The notes beneath the pieces were generated by a model that was given only the letters and a program-made list of their open reading frames with translations, ran no database searches and was not told the DNA's origin. From contig PDIP01000019.1 in assembly GCA_002811645.1 (NCBI GenBank), forward strand, positions 252,404 to 316,403: DNA of 64,000 nucleotides, read 5' to 3'. Origin of the DNA: Corallochytrium limacisporum Hawaii (Eukaryota; Protista; Pluriformea). Positions within the stretch are counted from its first letter, which is position 1. Each line of letters starts with the position of its first letter. The translations under genes and the position numbers were made by a program. Shown piece by piece: positions 11,601-23,504 of the stretch.

Positions 11601-14600
11601 TGCAGTGTGCTCCCCTCCGCCCGACGGAAGAGATTTTCAAGAAGCAAAGGGGGCCGCCAACTTTTCGCGCCAAAATTGATCTCCCTTCTTTCACTATGGA
11701 AAGTACCGAATACCGGAACATTCGGTGGGGGACGTAGGGGAGATTGGGACATGTGGCTGAACCTTCCAGCCCTTTGCTTGGGTGTGATGGGCCCCTCGGT
11801 TTGGGCAACATGGGGCTGTCCCATTTTCGGCCGCCGTTGCTGAGGTTGGAATTCGATCGATTGAGGTTTGAGGCAAACCAGTCCTGCTCTACTCCAAATG
11901 AAGTCTTACAGTCACTACTGGACCATGGCGGACTGTCCGGCCAGAACGAATGCGATACTGATCAGATTAGCTTCAGTCTGCGGGCATCCAAAACGGGCGT
12001 AGAACAAATGGCTACAATTAGGTTGTATGCTGGCTGCACAGTAGTGCGTAGGAAGGTGAGGGTGTGCAGAAGCATGTCCACGGAACATCAAATTGATCTC
12101 CAAAAACAAGACTCCCCTCGTGACCACAAGCCTCTTGGAGCACCGTCAGCGTGTGACAATCCTCAGCAGTCACGGACCGGCTGCAGAGTGATTTCAAATA
12201 CATTAACTCTATCAACCGACTGCATTCATGTAGTGATTGTTGTCCAACCATCCCTAGCACACTGTATTGTCCCGCAATTGACAAATTAAGGCCCACTTAC
12301 GGAACATGGACCTGTACGAAACGTTCAAATAAAGTTGAGGTGTCCCATATTCAGCAATTCAGGTGCTCAAATTGACACCAGGTCGCCAACTGCTGCCAAC
12401 CGCACAGATATCCTACAAAACCTGGCCTTGCTGCTTGTTGACTCCTTGGGAATTTGATCGATTTAAAAATGATTGTTTGTTTCCAACATGCTCCTGGCAT
12501 TCGTTGTACTGCGAGCAGACCATCAAAAACTCTACAACTGTGCGCGGGGATTCATCATGGGTCGTAAGGTCCCTATTGATGATAGGTAACCAGTGTCATC
12601 CGCGTATGGGGTGTGTCTGGTTCACACAGCAACCGCATCCGCCGCACCCAGCTGTTACTACACTATGATTAAAAGCTGCATCATCAAACATGAGCAAACA
12701 TTGTCTCATTCAAGGCCACATTCTCCGGAGTCGCAGGATGGCACAAGAGAAAGGGGGGGAGAGGTGTGTACAGATGTTGAATGCTGCGACACCGGAGGCG
12801 TCGGGAAATGGACCGCGTCCCACTGTCGGCTGGCTATATATAAATTATGAAATTATGTAGGAGAAGCAAAACGAAAAACGAAAAATACGCTGAGGTGTAC
12901 TCAGGAGTCTTTTCGCACGATTGTGCTGAACCATCCAACCACGGCTTGCTTAGGGATGGTTTTGGCGCGAAAATACTCGTTGGAGAACATCAGTACATTC
13001 AGTATGAGATGTGCGCAAATCTTCAGCGTGGATCCCTTCAGGCGTCTGAACAATCAAATGGTGCAAACCGCCCTGCGTCTGCTAGGGGGGTGCAAACGCT
13101 CAGGCGCGGGGCAGCGTGAATTTGCTCCCCGTGTGGACGGGCAATACAGAGCATGAGGCTATCGGAACCATTGCTGTTGTAGAGATATTGATTCAATTGG
13201 GCTATCAGGCAATTGATGCCAATGGCAACATAGTGTCCCATTTCATTCATGCCCACACATTCTGGGCATGGTGAGTCACAAACTGATGTGTGCGACTGGC
13301 TTGGGGTCTTTTGAGTTTGTCGATCCGGAAAGTCAACGCTGCACATACCGCAAAGAATGAAGCCGAACGAATGAGAAACCCTGACTGCGACACGATCTAG
13401 CTGGACTATTGAGTATGAATACCTCCTTGCCCGCCATCGTCATCTTTTGGTTTGAAGCGGTGGACAGGTCTGTCAATAATGCGTTCATTCGCATGCGTGG
13501 AGGGGAGAGGAACAAGGAATGCTCGATGACGAGACTGCTTGTGTATACTAGCAATCCCCGAAATCAACTCTCAGGCCAAAACCATCGAGTTTTCAGTAGT
13601 GAATTCACGGAACGAGCTGCGCCGAAGGCATAAGCAGGCGTAAGGAATTTTGACGAACAGTCACCGACTTCCCAGTCATCCGCAATGTTAGCCCACCGCC
13701 TTTTGCCAGGGACACAGCCAATAAATCAGACATTCAGAGATTAAATCGGTACTTTTCATATAGATATTCACGCCTGTGATTCTTCAGTTTAGGCGGGAGT
13801 CTCGCGCGGAGCGAGCATGTCAATATTTCAGCTCTCTCCCAATTTGGGCGGGACACTCTTCAATTGCTGTTTTGATCGGATGTGAGCACTCGGTCGCATG
13901 CATGCCGGGCAGCGGGATCCAAAGGGTGGAACCCAAAACCGGAAGCCACATCAGTCCAAGGTCTGATGGCACATGTTTTCTAAGACCTATGGTAGCGACT
14001 CTGCAGTGCTCGTTTCCATAGGAGGAATCCTGCATAGTGGGGGCGACAAGCAGATAACGCTCGTCCCACTCACCCCAGCCTGAATTTGCTTCAGTGGGTA
14101 TCGTACACTTAGCACCAACATTGAAGGAAACATTTGACCTTTGACATTTTTCTGAGCGAAATCAGCGAGAGCTTGCTGTTTCAACTTGAAGTAGGTGCCT
14201 TGCAAGCGGCAAACCTCGCAACTCAATATTTCGGTGGCAGTTCCTCAGGCCGTTTCGTCTTCTGTGACGCAAATCCAGCAGGAATTGTTCAGGCTGGAAA
14301 GTGAGACACTGCGGAACCGCGATGATCTGCCACGGCTGCCGCAGTGTGAATGGCGCACCTCCGCCGAGTTTTTTGGGTGAGACGTCCGGCCTCGGGTCCG
14401 GTAGTGAAACTATGCTCCCGGCTGCGAAAGGAAAGTTAGGGTTCCATTGTATTCCTTCCGAGCTAAATATTGAGGCCCCCCAACCAACCCTTAGCAATTC
14501 CCTTGTTTCTCGTTCTGTCCCAGTCTCAGTAAATTGGAACCCCTTTTCATTTTTCTGGGGCCTTATTTTCGGTTTTGAAAATCTTCCACCTTCATTCTAG

Positions 14601-14602
14601 AA

Positions 14603-14740
14603 TGGGGAAAAGGGGGGAAAGAAGGGGAACGGGGAATGGCGGAAGTGGGGGGAGGGGGGAGGCCGGATGGGGGCACGGGGGGAAAAAAGGGGGAGAAAGG
14701 GGATTGAGGGGAAAACGCGGTGGACAAAGGGGAGGAGGGC
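14603..14740 (+). promoter_or_regulatory. Purine-rich, G-tract-dense segment (putative G-quadruplex) upstream of the CDK inhibitor gene
   Basis: More than ten runs of at least 4 G separated by short A-rich spacers. Confidence 0.45.
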
Positions 14741-15045
14741 CGCTCATAGTTCCTCTTCCAACTTCTGGGGTCTCTTTGGTGTTTGGACAAAAAGGAGGAC
14801 CCATCCCGTAGGCTGCTGTACCCAGCTGCCCGGTTTCATTTACTAGCGCGCCGCAGTCTGGCAGAGGGGGCCAATTTTCAGCCGAGGTAACTCGCCCACC
14901 CGGTTTTGGGGAGAAAAAGAGTTGCCGGGACCCGTTGGGACGAGGACCTTAACGGGGTCACGAAGGGCGCACGGGAGACGACATCCGACACAAACTCTCG
15001 TCTTTCCCCTTCGTCTCGCCTTTGGAAGAGGGAAAGACGTAACCA

Positions 15046-15513
15046 ATGGTATCCACAGGAACGATATTCAAGATATTTAAAGCGCACAACTTTATGGTAA
15101 CAGAAGGTGTAACGAAAGTCTTGAATCAAGCCGTGGCTAAAACTTGTCTTGAAGTTAAGCATCTGTTTGAAGGAGACATTGGCGAAATCAGTATGTCGTC
15201 GCTAACAGGAGGAGCTACAGCACGGAACGCTGTTGGTCCTGTCCGTAGTCTGTCATTCGGCGAGGAACGCAGTCTGGAAGAAGATCGAGTATGGGTTCAG
15301 CAGGCTCTCGCTAGCCACAAGCAAGCGACATGTGAGAAGTGGGGATTTGATTTTGATCGGCAGGAGCCCCTGACGAACTCTCAGTCATCGTGGCAATGGT
15401 CGGATGTGAAGCAACTGAGCCATGACGAGAGCATGTCCGCCAGTATTCCTCAGTCGTTTAATAAGCACGCCTTCGATGTCGGGCGGCGGACAATGGATCC
15501 GCCCACGAAGTAG
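15046..15513 (+). CDS. Cip/Kip-type cyclin-dependent kinase inhibitor (CDI domain); start may be 15046, 15094 or 15193
   Basis: VRSLSFG...ASHKQATCEKWGFDFDRQEPLTNSQSSWQWSDV parallels the p27/p21 kinase-inhibitory domain (RxLFG...KWNFDFxxxxPL..xxW). Confidence 0.8.
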   Translation: MVSTGTIFKIFKAHNFMVTEGVTKVLNQAVAKTCLEVKHLFEGDIGEISMSSLTGGATARNAVGPVRSLSFGEERSLEEDRVWVQQALASHKQATCEKWGFDFDRQEPLTNSQSSWQWSDVKQLSHDESMSASIPQSFNKHAFDVGRRTMDPPTK

Positions 15514-18500
15514 TCGTGGATATCAATAAGTATCAAAAACATGCCATCTATATTTACAACCAGCTGTACCATAGGTTTAAATCTAATAAACGACATCAAT
15601 ACCGTTAAGGAACTCTTGAACATGACTTGTGCTTACTCGAAGTGTTTTCTGGTCTCTAGCTGTGAACATATCTTTTCTTGCCCCTTGAGTTATCTTTCCC
15701 CCCTTTTGACCCGACATCAGGGGCCTCTTTGTTGCCGACCCTCGGGACTTTCGATCCACCTTTCAGTCTGCTGTCTGCTACCGCTGCTGCCATGCTCTAC
15801 ACCATGCTCAGTTTACTCGTTAGATACGGTGTTTACTATGCAGTCATCATGTCTCCATGAAAGCGCAACGATAACATGAACACACATTTGTATACACTTG
15901 ACTCGTGTCTTCACAACGGTTGGTTGGGATGGATCTTACGATATAGAAGAGCGGGGAGTAGCAGGGGACTACGGCTTCCACGTACCTCCCATTCGTAGCC
16001 ATCTGTGTTTTCTTTTTTTTGGTACTGGCTGTATACCTAGGGGCAGCGCAACGCCATTGTAAAGAGACCCCCCCTGCGGCCGCTGAGACAGCAGTGAGAG
16101 CTGCTGACGCATAATCAGACTCGCTCAGAGAAAACGATAGACCGTCTGCGCAGCCGCAGCACACCGTGAACTTTGCAAGCGCACTGCGAAGACCCGCTGC
16201 ACGCAACGCAAGGCAATCTCCACCCAGCCTCCCAATCTTGCCCCGGCAACCCACAATTCCATTTTAATATCAATTTCGGCCAAAATGTATCGCTCGGATC
16301 CCCATCCTTTTCCTTCCTCCCTTGTCGCATGATAGTTTGGAGTTGCTACTGAAGACGGCAGGCGTATCTACAAAGTCGGTTTAAAACCAGTTTTGCACGT
16401 TCTCTAGTTTTTCTTGGGCGGAGAGGAATCCACTGAAACGTCAGTCACACCTCTAATTCACTGTGCCCTCGTTTAAAAACTTTCGGTTCGCGTCCGCTCC
16501 TCGTCTAGCAAGTTTGAGGCCGCTCGGTGTGTGTGTTCAGGAGGCAGCCAACCCCGAATTTACCCAGTGGAGGGAGGAGGTAGGGTGGTTTCGGCCGTTG
16601 CTTTATTGGACCTCGTCGGGAAAAAAAGAGACTCCTAGCGAGAACCAGGGGGTTTCTTTCGAACGCAACCGCCGCACCGGGAAAAGCCGCGCGGTCTCAT
16701 ATTTTCCTGCCTTTCTTTGCTTTCATTTCGTCGATTGAGGAAAATGTCTTCATCCGTTTTACGTCTATTATTGCATTATAGAATCAAATGAAGTTCATCG
16801 GCCTTCGTATATATTGGCGTTCACAGGCGCATCAATACGCGCTCCGTACTTTCTTTGCACGTATTCTAGAAGGTGTGATGTATTTGGTAGAATTCGTTCT
16901 AGTTCCACTTTTGCCCGGTGTTCCCGCTTCGGAACAAGAATTTCTAAAACGCACCGACGCCGGCCCATACATTCCCATAGTGAAATCGATGAAGAATGAC
17001 CTAATTGGACTCCCTTCTGTGGAAGAACGAGCGTATGTGTGTGTACCGTTGTGTGTGTATCACGGAACTGACGGCTAGGTTTCAGAAATGATAACAATTT
17101 TAGAATTCGTTCAAAGTTGGGAGACTCCTTGCCGTTGTTCATACCAAAAGTGAACACGAAACAAATACGCGTTCCCACTAACCATCGATGTTGAAGGGCC
17201 TGCGCGTTGTGATTGCCCGGGTTACGAGATGAAACTAAAAGACCTTGGGAATTGAGAACGCTGAATTGAATGACGGAGGCAGAGGAGAAGAAGATTAGAA
17301 AAAAGTTTGGCGCACACAAAAGACAGGGCTTGCCCTGTCGAGGTTTTTTAGAAATTTGCAGAATAAACCTTGTCACACCAGAGTCCGTTCCCCATAGTGA
17401 TCGGGTCTTATGGGTACACCCCTCATCGTTTGTTTGTCCTGAAGAAGAGGAAGAATATGTAAGTGATATTTAACAGCAGCGTGCGTCCCCTTCCCCCCCT
17501 CCCCCTTACCCCCACCCACACCATTACTTTTCTTTTTGTACATTGTCTGCGATAATGTGAAAACTTTAGAAAATGGGATCGTGGTGTGTCAGCAGGCATG
17601 GTGTGTGTGTGTGTTTACGTAAAGCTAGCGGTTGGTGTGTGAATGCGGTGAAGGCACCGGAGACCCCTCATCAGCATGTTCCCGATCGGCAGCGTGGATA
17701 GAGTCACCGCTTAGTAGTTTGTTTAAGAACTTGTCGTAAGGTTTGCGGTGGCCCACACTTTGTTTTTTATTTTGGTTTTATTCTCCACTCTGCGGGGCCT
17801 ATATTTGTGTTTCGTGATCTGAGCTCAGTGCGCAAGAAGCAAGCCATGAATTTGGCAAGAATTTATTGCACAACGAACTGTTATATATCGATTCATCAGC
17901 GAGCGCCTCAATAAATTGCTGTCACCGGCTGCGGTCCCAACTGTGTCAATAAAACCGCCGAGCAGTGATGCCAAGAACGCGCCTGAGCCTTGGAGAGCCA
18001 TTTGCCTCCGGAGAAAAAGAGAGAGAGAGAGGGGGGGGACCAAGTAGGTTCGCTGTGGGACCACACAGTTCAACCAGTGCCGTCCAAACCAGTTCACTCA
18101 CTAACAACAGGTCTCTGTGACGACGACGAGGCTCACCGCCGTCCGAACACGGCTGGCACGCACGCATGAGTATGCAAGGGAGTTGGAAAAGGAGGGGGGG
18201 GAGACGCCATATCTTTCTATCGTATCGAGAGGCACCAAAAAATCAGCACCGCATAAATTGTCGGTATTGATAGTATGGACGGAGGAGGGGGCAACTGGAA
18301 GAATTCGGAAACGTGCGCGCTCCGGTTGCTAGCGCCTCTTTTGAGAGAGAGAGGGGGAGGGAGTGAGAGACCATTTGTTCTTGTTCAGAAGGTTTGTGGA
18401 GTGAGGTATGAATATTTTGGCACCGTGTGTAACGAACAACACCGACGGAATGAGAAACGTTAGAAGGAGTGACAAGGATGCTAAAGCCAGTGCCGAATGG

Positions 18501-20550
18501 ACGGACTTCCCTCACGTCAGTGTGTGTCGTGCATGTCGTTGAGGGCTAGGGGGGGGGAACAAGGAAGGTGCCTTCCGATAACGAATCCAGACGGGGAGGC
18601 AAGAAGGTCAGCCGGGGATGTATGTGTGGCATCATTCTGTAGTCGTCATGAGCTGCCAGTAGCATAGACTTGGGAGTTTCATATAGTCTCCAACATGAGT
18701 TGGACAGAGCCCCACAAGGGTGGCAAACGGGCCGCTGATTCGCTGCACACAACGATATGTTTGATGTTAGTCTGAATCCCGTTGTCATACTTCCCTCATG
18801 GCTTTTTGTATAGTAGGGAATAAAATGGCCGCCACGGAATTCATTACACGTATCATGGATGTGCATCACGGGGTGAAGTACCAGCGAAGGTGTGCAGTGT
18901 TCACTTACCTGAAGTAGCGCTGGTTGTTGCCAGAAACGTCCACAAAATGATGGGTCCAGACTAGCGCCCGGTCGCACAGGCCGCCGATGATCGGCGTTCT
19001 GATTCGCTGCAGATGCATGCTTAGACGATGCTTTGTGGGAGTTAGGCTCTACTCAGCCTCCGGGTGCCCGCTTCATTTCTATGATCAATTCATCGGGAAA
19101 TACAGACGTCGGAGCAATTGATGCTTCATTGTGTCCCTATTGATGCGTCTTTGTGTTGTTTCATTATTATTGGCATGACCGCATCGGACGTTGTTGGCTG
19201 GATTTTGGCATGTGCCAGAATAGAATAGATCTGCTCCCGGGGGCATTTACACTTGTTGTTTGTGTTCTATGAGAGGGCTCGAAACGCCCTATTCTCACAA
19301 CTAGGTTACCACTCAACTGTTTAATTGATCGTCCGGCTCCGGGAGACGCCCGGAAGGCTTGACTGCGGATGTCCTAATTGATTAAGACATGTTCCATATT
19401 GGAACCTCTCCCTGCGCTGTGCTTATCCAGAGCGCTGCAAGAACAGCGATACATGGCCCGTACCGTACGTAAAACCCTTGCCATTCAGGCAGTACGGATA
19501 AAGTGTGCGACCTCGGAGGCCAAACGCTCACAAGCCCTTCCGAAACTTGCTTCCCCCACACGGTCCGCGTCCAACAACGAAACTGCTATTCTTTCGCTGC
19601 CCGCCCGCTCAATCTTGACGCCAAATCGATCATTGTTGAATCTTCCCGCCAATTTGTTTCGGACGCGCTTGCTTCTTGCCAAACATGGAATCGATATGAT
19701 TGATCACAAATGGAAGGAAAGGTATTTGGGTGCCTTGGGGAAAGGAAATTTGGACCCCGGTTTCCCATGATTTATTGATTAGACCCCGCACAGTGCCTGC
19801 GCCTCGTGGGGTTTAGCTGGGTGTGTGTCCTTCGCAGGACCCCCCCCCCCCGGGGGGGTAGGGAGGCCAGTCAAAAAGGAAGGGGGGGGTGGGGCGAAGA
19901 CAGGTGGCTGCAGAGGGCGCACCATCACACACCTTGTGCGACAAGGCGAGCGTATAGTGTGTGCCTTTGGGTGGGTTCGTCAGGTGGGCACGTTGTGCGC
20001 AGAGTCTGTCGAGGCGGGAGCGGAAACACGAAAGATGGCATATGAGAATGTGTGATCGTTCACACCATGTGCTATTTGAATGCACGATGACTATCGAAGC
20101 GGCGCACTGTTGACATGTATAATCATTAGTGAACAACGCAAAAGTATCTCGTGGAACAAAGTTCTTTTGTCTGCTTTAAACCATAGTGGCAACGGCGTTC
20201 CATCCACGTAGACCCTAAACCGGCCGGTCGCTATGTCGTGAGACGAAGAAAATATGCCTTCCTTTCGACACGTATGGTTCGGTATATTATGCCCTCGATC
20301 TCTCTCTTTTTTATCTACCATGCTCCACATGTAATACTATACTAGCTCTCATTTCTTTGCCGCACCTCGCCAATTTCCTCTGTTTGCTCTTGAATGGATT
20401 GCACGTACTGGTGAAAATTTCTTTGTTCTGAGGGATATCTAGTTGGTTAATTTGGCGCACTACCTGCGACACAACTTGTATTAATCGAAATGAATTCTAC
20501 GGGATACATTCGCAAAGCATGGTACGGTTGGGTGTGTTTGTTTGCTCAGC

Positions 20551-22143
20551 TTACTCCACCTTGGACGGAATTCCAACGTTCTTCAGCAGCATGATGCGCT
20601 CCTCGCAGTAGTCCTGGATGGCCCAGCGGATACCCTCGCGTCCGAGACCGGACTGCTTCACACCGCCGTAAGGCTGAGAGTCCACACGTAGCGAGGGCAC
20701 GTCACCAACAACGACACCACCAACGTCGAGGTTCTCGAAGCAGTAGAAGGCATTGTGCAGGTTCTTGGTAAAGATTCCGGCCTGGAGACCGAACTTGGAA
20801 TCGTTGATCTCACGGCAGACCTCCTCCATACTCTCGAAGGGAGCGATACAGGCCAGAGTTCCGAAAGCTTCTTCCTTCATGACCTCGTCGTCCTTGCTCG
20901 GAGTCTCGATCAGAGTGGCATCGAAAAAGACACCTTCGCGGGTACCTCCCACCAGGACTTTGGCACCGTTGGCTTCGGCCTTCTTGGTCCAGTTCTCCAG
21001 ATTCTTGGCATCGTTCTCGCTAATGATCGGCCCAATGAACGTGTCCTCGTCGAGAGGGTCACCCTTCTTGAGCTTCTTGATTTCCTGAACCATATGGTCC
21101 CTGAATTTCTCATAAATATCCTTGTGGGCGTAGATGCGCTGCACACTAATACAGCTCTGACCGCTCTGGTAGTAGGCACCAAAGATTACACGAGCTACCG
21201 CCTCCTCAATGTCTGTGTCTTTGTCGACGATCACACCCGCGTTACCGCCCAGTTCCAGCACGCACTTCTTGCCACCGGCCTGCTGCAAGAGCTTGTAGCC
21301 GACATCGGGAGATCCGGTGAAGGAGAAGACCTTCAGGCGGGGGTCAGTGCAGAGCTGGGTGCCGGCCTCACGGGAACAAGGGAGGATCGAGAACGCACCT
21401 TCGGGCAGTTCTGGAATGCCGGCCAGGATCTCTCCCATGATGATGCTGCTAACAGGAGTGTAGGATGCCGGCTTCAGTACGAAAGCACAACCGGCAGCCA
21501 GGGCAGGGGCGACCTTGTGGGCTGCGAGATTGATCGGAAAGTTGAACGGACTGACCATTCCGATGGGTCCATTGGGAAATTTGCGCACGATACCCTGCAT
21601 ACCTTGGGCACGCTCGCTGATATCCAGGGGCATCCACTCGCCATTGATGCGAGTGGCCTCCTCAGCAGCGACGGTGAAAGTGTCGATGCAACGCTGGGTT
21701 TCACCACGGGCGTCCTTGATGGGCTTGCCCGCCTCTATCGCCAAAGCAATCGCGAACTCTTCGAAGCGTTCCTTGATCGCGGCAACGACCTTCCACAAAA
21801 TTTGCTGACGCATGTAGGCGGGCATCTTGCCGAACTCCTCCTGCGCCTTTGTGGCAGCCGCGATGGCCTCTTCCATGTGATCCTTGGTGGCCTTGGGCAC
21901 CCGTGTGGCCACTTCCTGGTTGTACTTGTTGGTCACTGCCAGATCGAGGTTGGGAGTGACCGGCTTGGAAGCCAGAAACATGGGGTAGCTCTCCTTGAGC
22001 TTTCCGTTTACGTAGACCATAGTTGCTTTTGACGTACTGAAATTACGACCCGCTCTGACAAACGAGGAAATAGTGACGGGGTGGTTCTTAGCTCTGTCGG
22101 CGTGACGGGCAATGCCAGCGTTGGTAAGTCTTGCAAGCAGCAT
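20551..22143 (-). CDS. Aldehyde dehydrogenase, ALDH21/bacterial type; putative NADP+-dependent succinic semialdehyde dehydrogenase with N-terminal mitochondrial presequence
   Basis: PFNFP, FTGS, catalytic LELGGN and GQSCISVQR, EEAFG, PYGGVKQSGLGREG; family-typical LDISERAQG and DVPSLRVD. R151, R258, Y325 and R486 match the spacing of moss ALDH21 ligand residues. Confidence 0.9.
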   Translation of the reverse strand: MLLARLTNAGIARHADRAKNHPVTISSFVRAGRNFSTSKATMVYVNGKLKESYPMFLASKPVTPNLDLAVTNKYNQEVATRVPKATKDHMEEAIAAATKAQEEFGKMPAYMRQQILWKVVAAIKERFEEFAIALAIEAGKPIKDARGETQRCIDTFTVAAEEATRINGEWMPLDISERAQGMQGIVRKFPNGPIGMVSPFNFPINLAAHKVAPALAAGCAFVLKPASYTPVSSIIMGEILAGIPELPEGAFSILPCSREAGTQLCTDPRLKVFSFTGSPDVGYKLLQQAGGKKCVLELGGNAGVIVDKDTDIEEAVARVIFGAYYQSGQSCISVQRIYAHKDIYEKFRDHMVQEIKKLKKGDPLDEDTFIGPIISENDAKNLENWTKKAEANGAKVLVGGTREGVFFDATLIETPSKDDEVMKEEAFGTLACIAPFESMEEVCREINDSKFGLQAGIFTKNLHNAFYCFENLDVGGVVVGDVPSLRVDSQPYGGVKQSGLGREGIRWAIQDYCEERIMLLKNVGIPSKVE

Positions 22144-23326
22144 TTAAGTATCTACCTATATACACGCTAACGCAAAGGCCAGCAGTCTGCGATTCTTTTT
22201 CAGGGACACCGACAGTAGAGGGATGATCTACGAAACGAGCACTTAATATATATCACATTGGACAGGCGCGACCTCTTTAGAAGCCGCTAGCTCTCCATCG
22301 CATTCGCATATACAGCGTATAACGGTGCTTATCATTATGTCATGACCAGCTGCACCCTCTGTGGGAAGCGGGCGCCATCGGTTCTCGTCTCTGGGACCCG
22401 GGGTCAGAAATGTCTTCATCATCAGTACGCGGTGCCCCTTCGCCTGCAACGCCTGGGGTCCGTGGCCGGTACGTCTCCTCCTTTGACCTCGGTGGTAGTG
22501 GGGATTGCGCTTTGCGCTTGGCTTTCAACGGTGGGTCTGCGAGAGATCCCAGCGGTACATTCCGGTGGTAGGGACACATCCAGGCATATTATCATGACCA
22601 ACGATTGTTGTGCCTCCCGCTTGTCCAAGTGATCTCCATACTGAGCAAGCTGTGCGTGAGAGTGTGTTGTTGGTGCCAACGCAGAGTAAGTCTGGCTTAC
22701 AATGTTTCACCAAACCGGGAGCCCCACTACCATCCCCAACCCAGGTGGGCTCTCTGACCGTACACAGACCACAACAAATGGTCACCACCATACAACATCC
22801 GAGATCCAAGTCTCTTGCCATGCTGTCCGTTGCTCTATTCTTGACGCCTGGCTTTTCCACGAAGACCGTGCTGGATGTGCATCAATGGGGAGACACGTCA
22901 CAAAGTGATGCGCATCAACCGCCTTTTTGTCCGGGTGGGCTCCCCTTTGGCGGTTGTTGTTCCTTTCACCCGGGCTGCCCGGTGGGTTTGGTTCCCAAAA
23001 AAAGCGGAGAGATTTTTTTTTCCCTATTTTCTTTCTTCTTCTTCTTCTTTAAGTTATTAAATTTGCTTTAAAAACTTTCCGGATCTTTTATTTTTTTTTG
23101 TTGGGCTCGCTCTCTCTCTGTGCCTGTGTCCGGGTCTGTGTCTGGGTACTCTGTCTCTGCCTCTGTCTCTATTTTTATACCTCCTTCCGCCGGGGGGGGG
23201 GGGTTTTGGTGGCGGCCCCTTTCCGGAAGGGAGGGGTCGGCTTTAGTCCCACACGCGCCACCAAAAAAAAAAAAAATGAAGAAACACACCCGTCCCGGCT
23301 CTTTTCTTCAAACTGCCGGCCCCTCC

Positions 23327-23363
23327 CTCTCTCTCTCTCTCTCTCGCTCTCTCTCTCGCTCTC
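23327..23363. repeat. Imperfect (CT)n microsatellite
   Basis: ctctctctct... with two cg interruptions. Confidence 0.85.
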
Positions 23364-23447
23364 CCGTCGCTGTGTGAGGGTGTCTGTCCGGTGTCGCTTC
23401 TATACTCCCGGCCCCGAAACCAAAAACAAAAAAGCGTGAGCACGAGT

Positions 23448-23450
<3 letters not shown>

Positions 23451-23498
<48 letters not shown>
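23451..23498. repeat. (AG)n microsatellite, ~24 units
   Basis: Perfect agag run. Confidence 0.95.

Positions 23499-23504
<6 letters not shown>

Noticed and set aside
20755-22032. 425-aa ORF antisense to the ALDH
   Set aside because: Shadow ORF caused by biased codon usage on the coding strand; no motifs. Similar shadows overlie the annexin, NDUFS1, ThDP and ACS genes.
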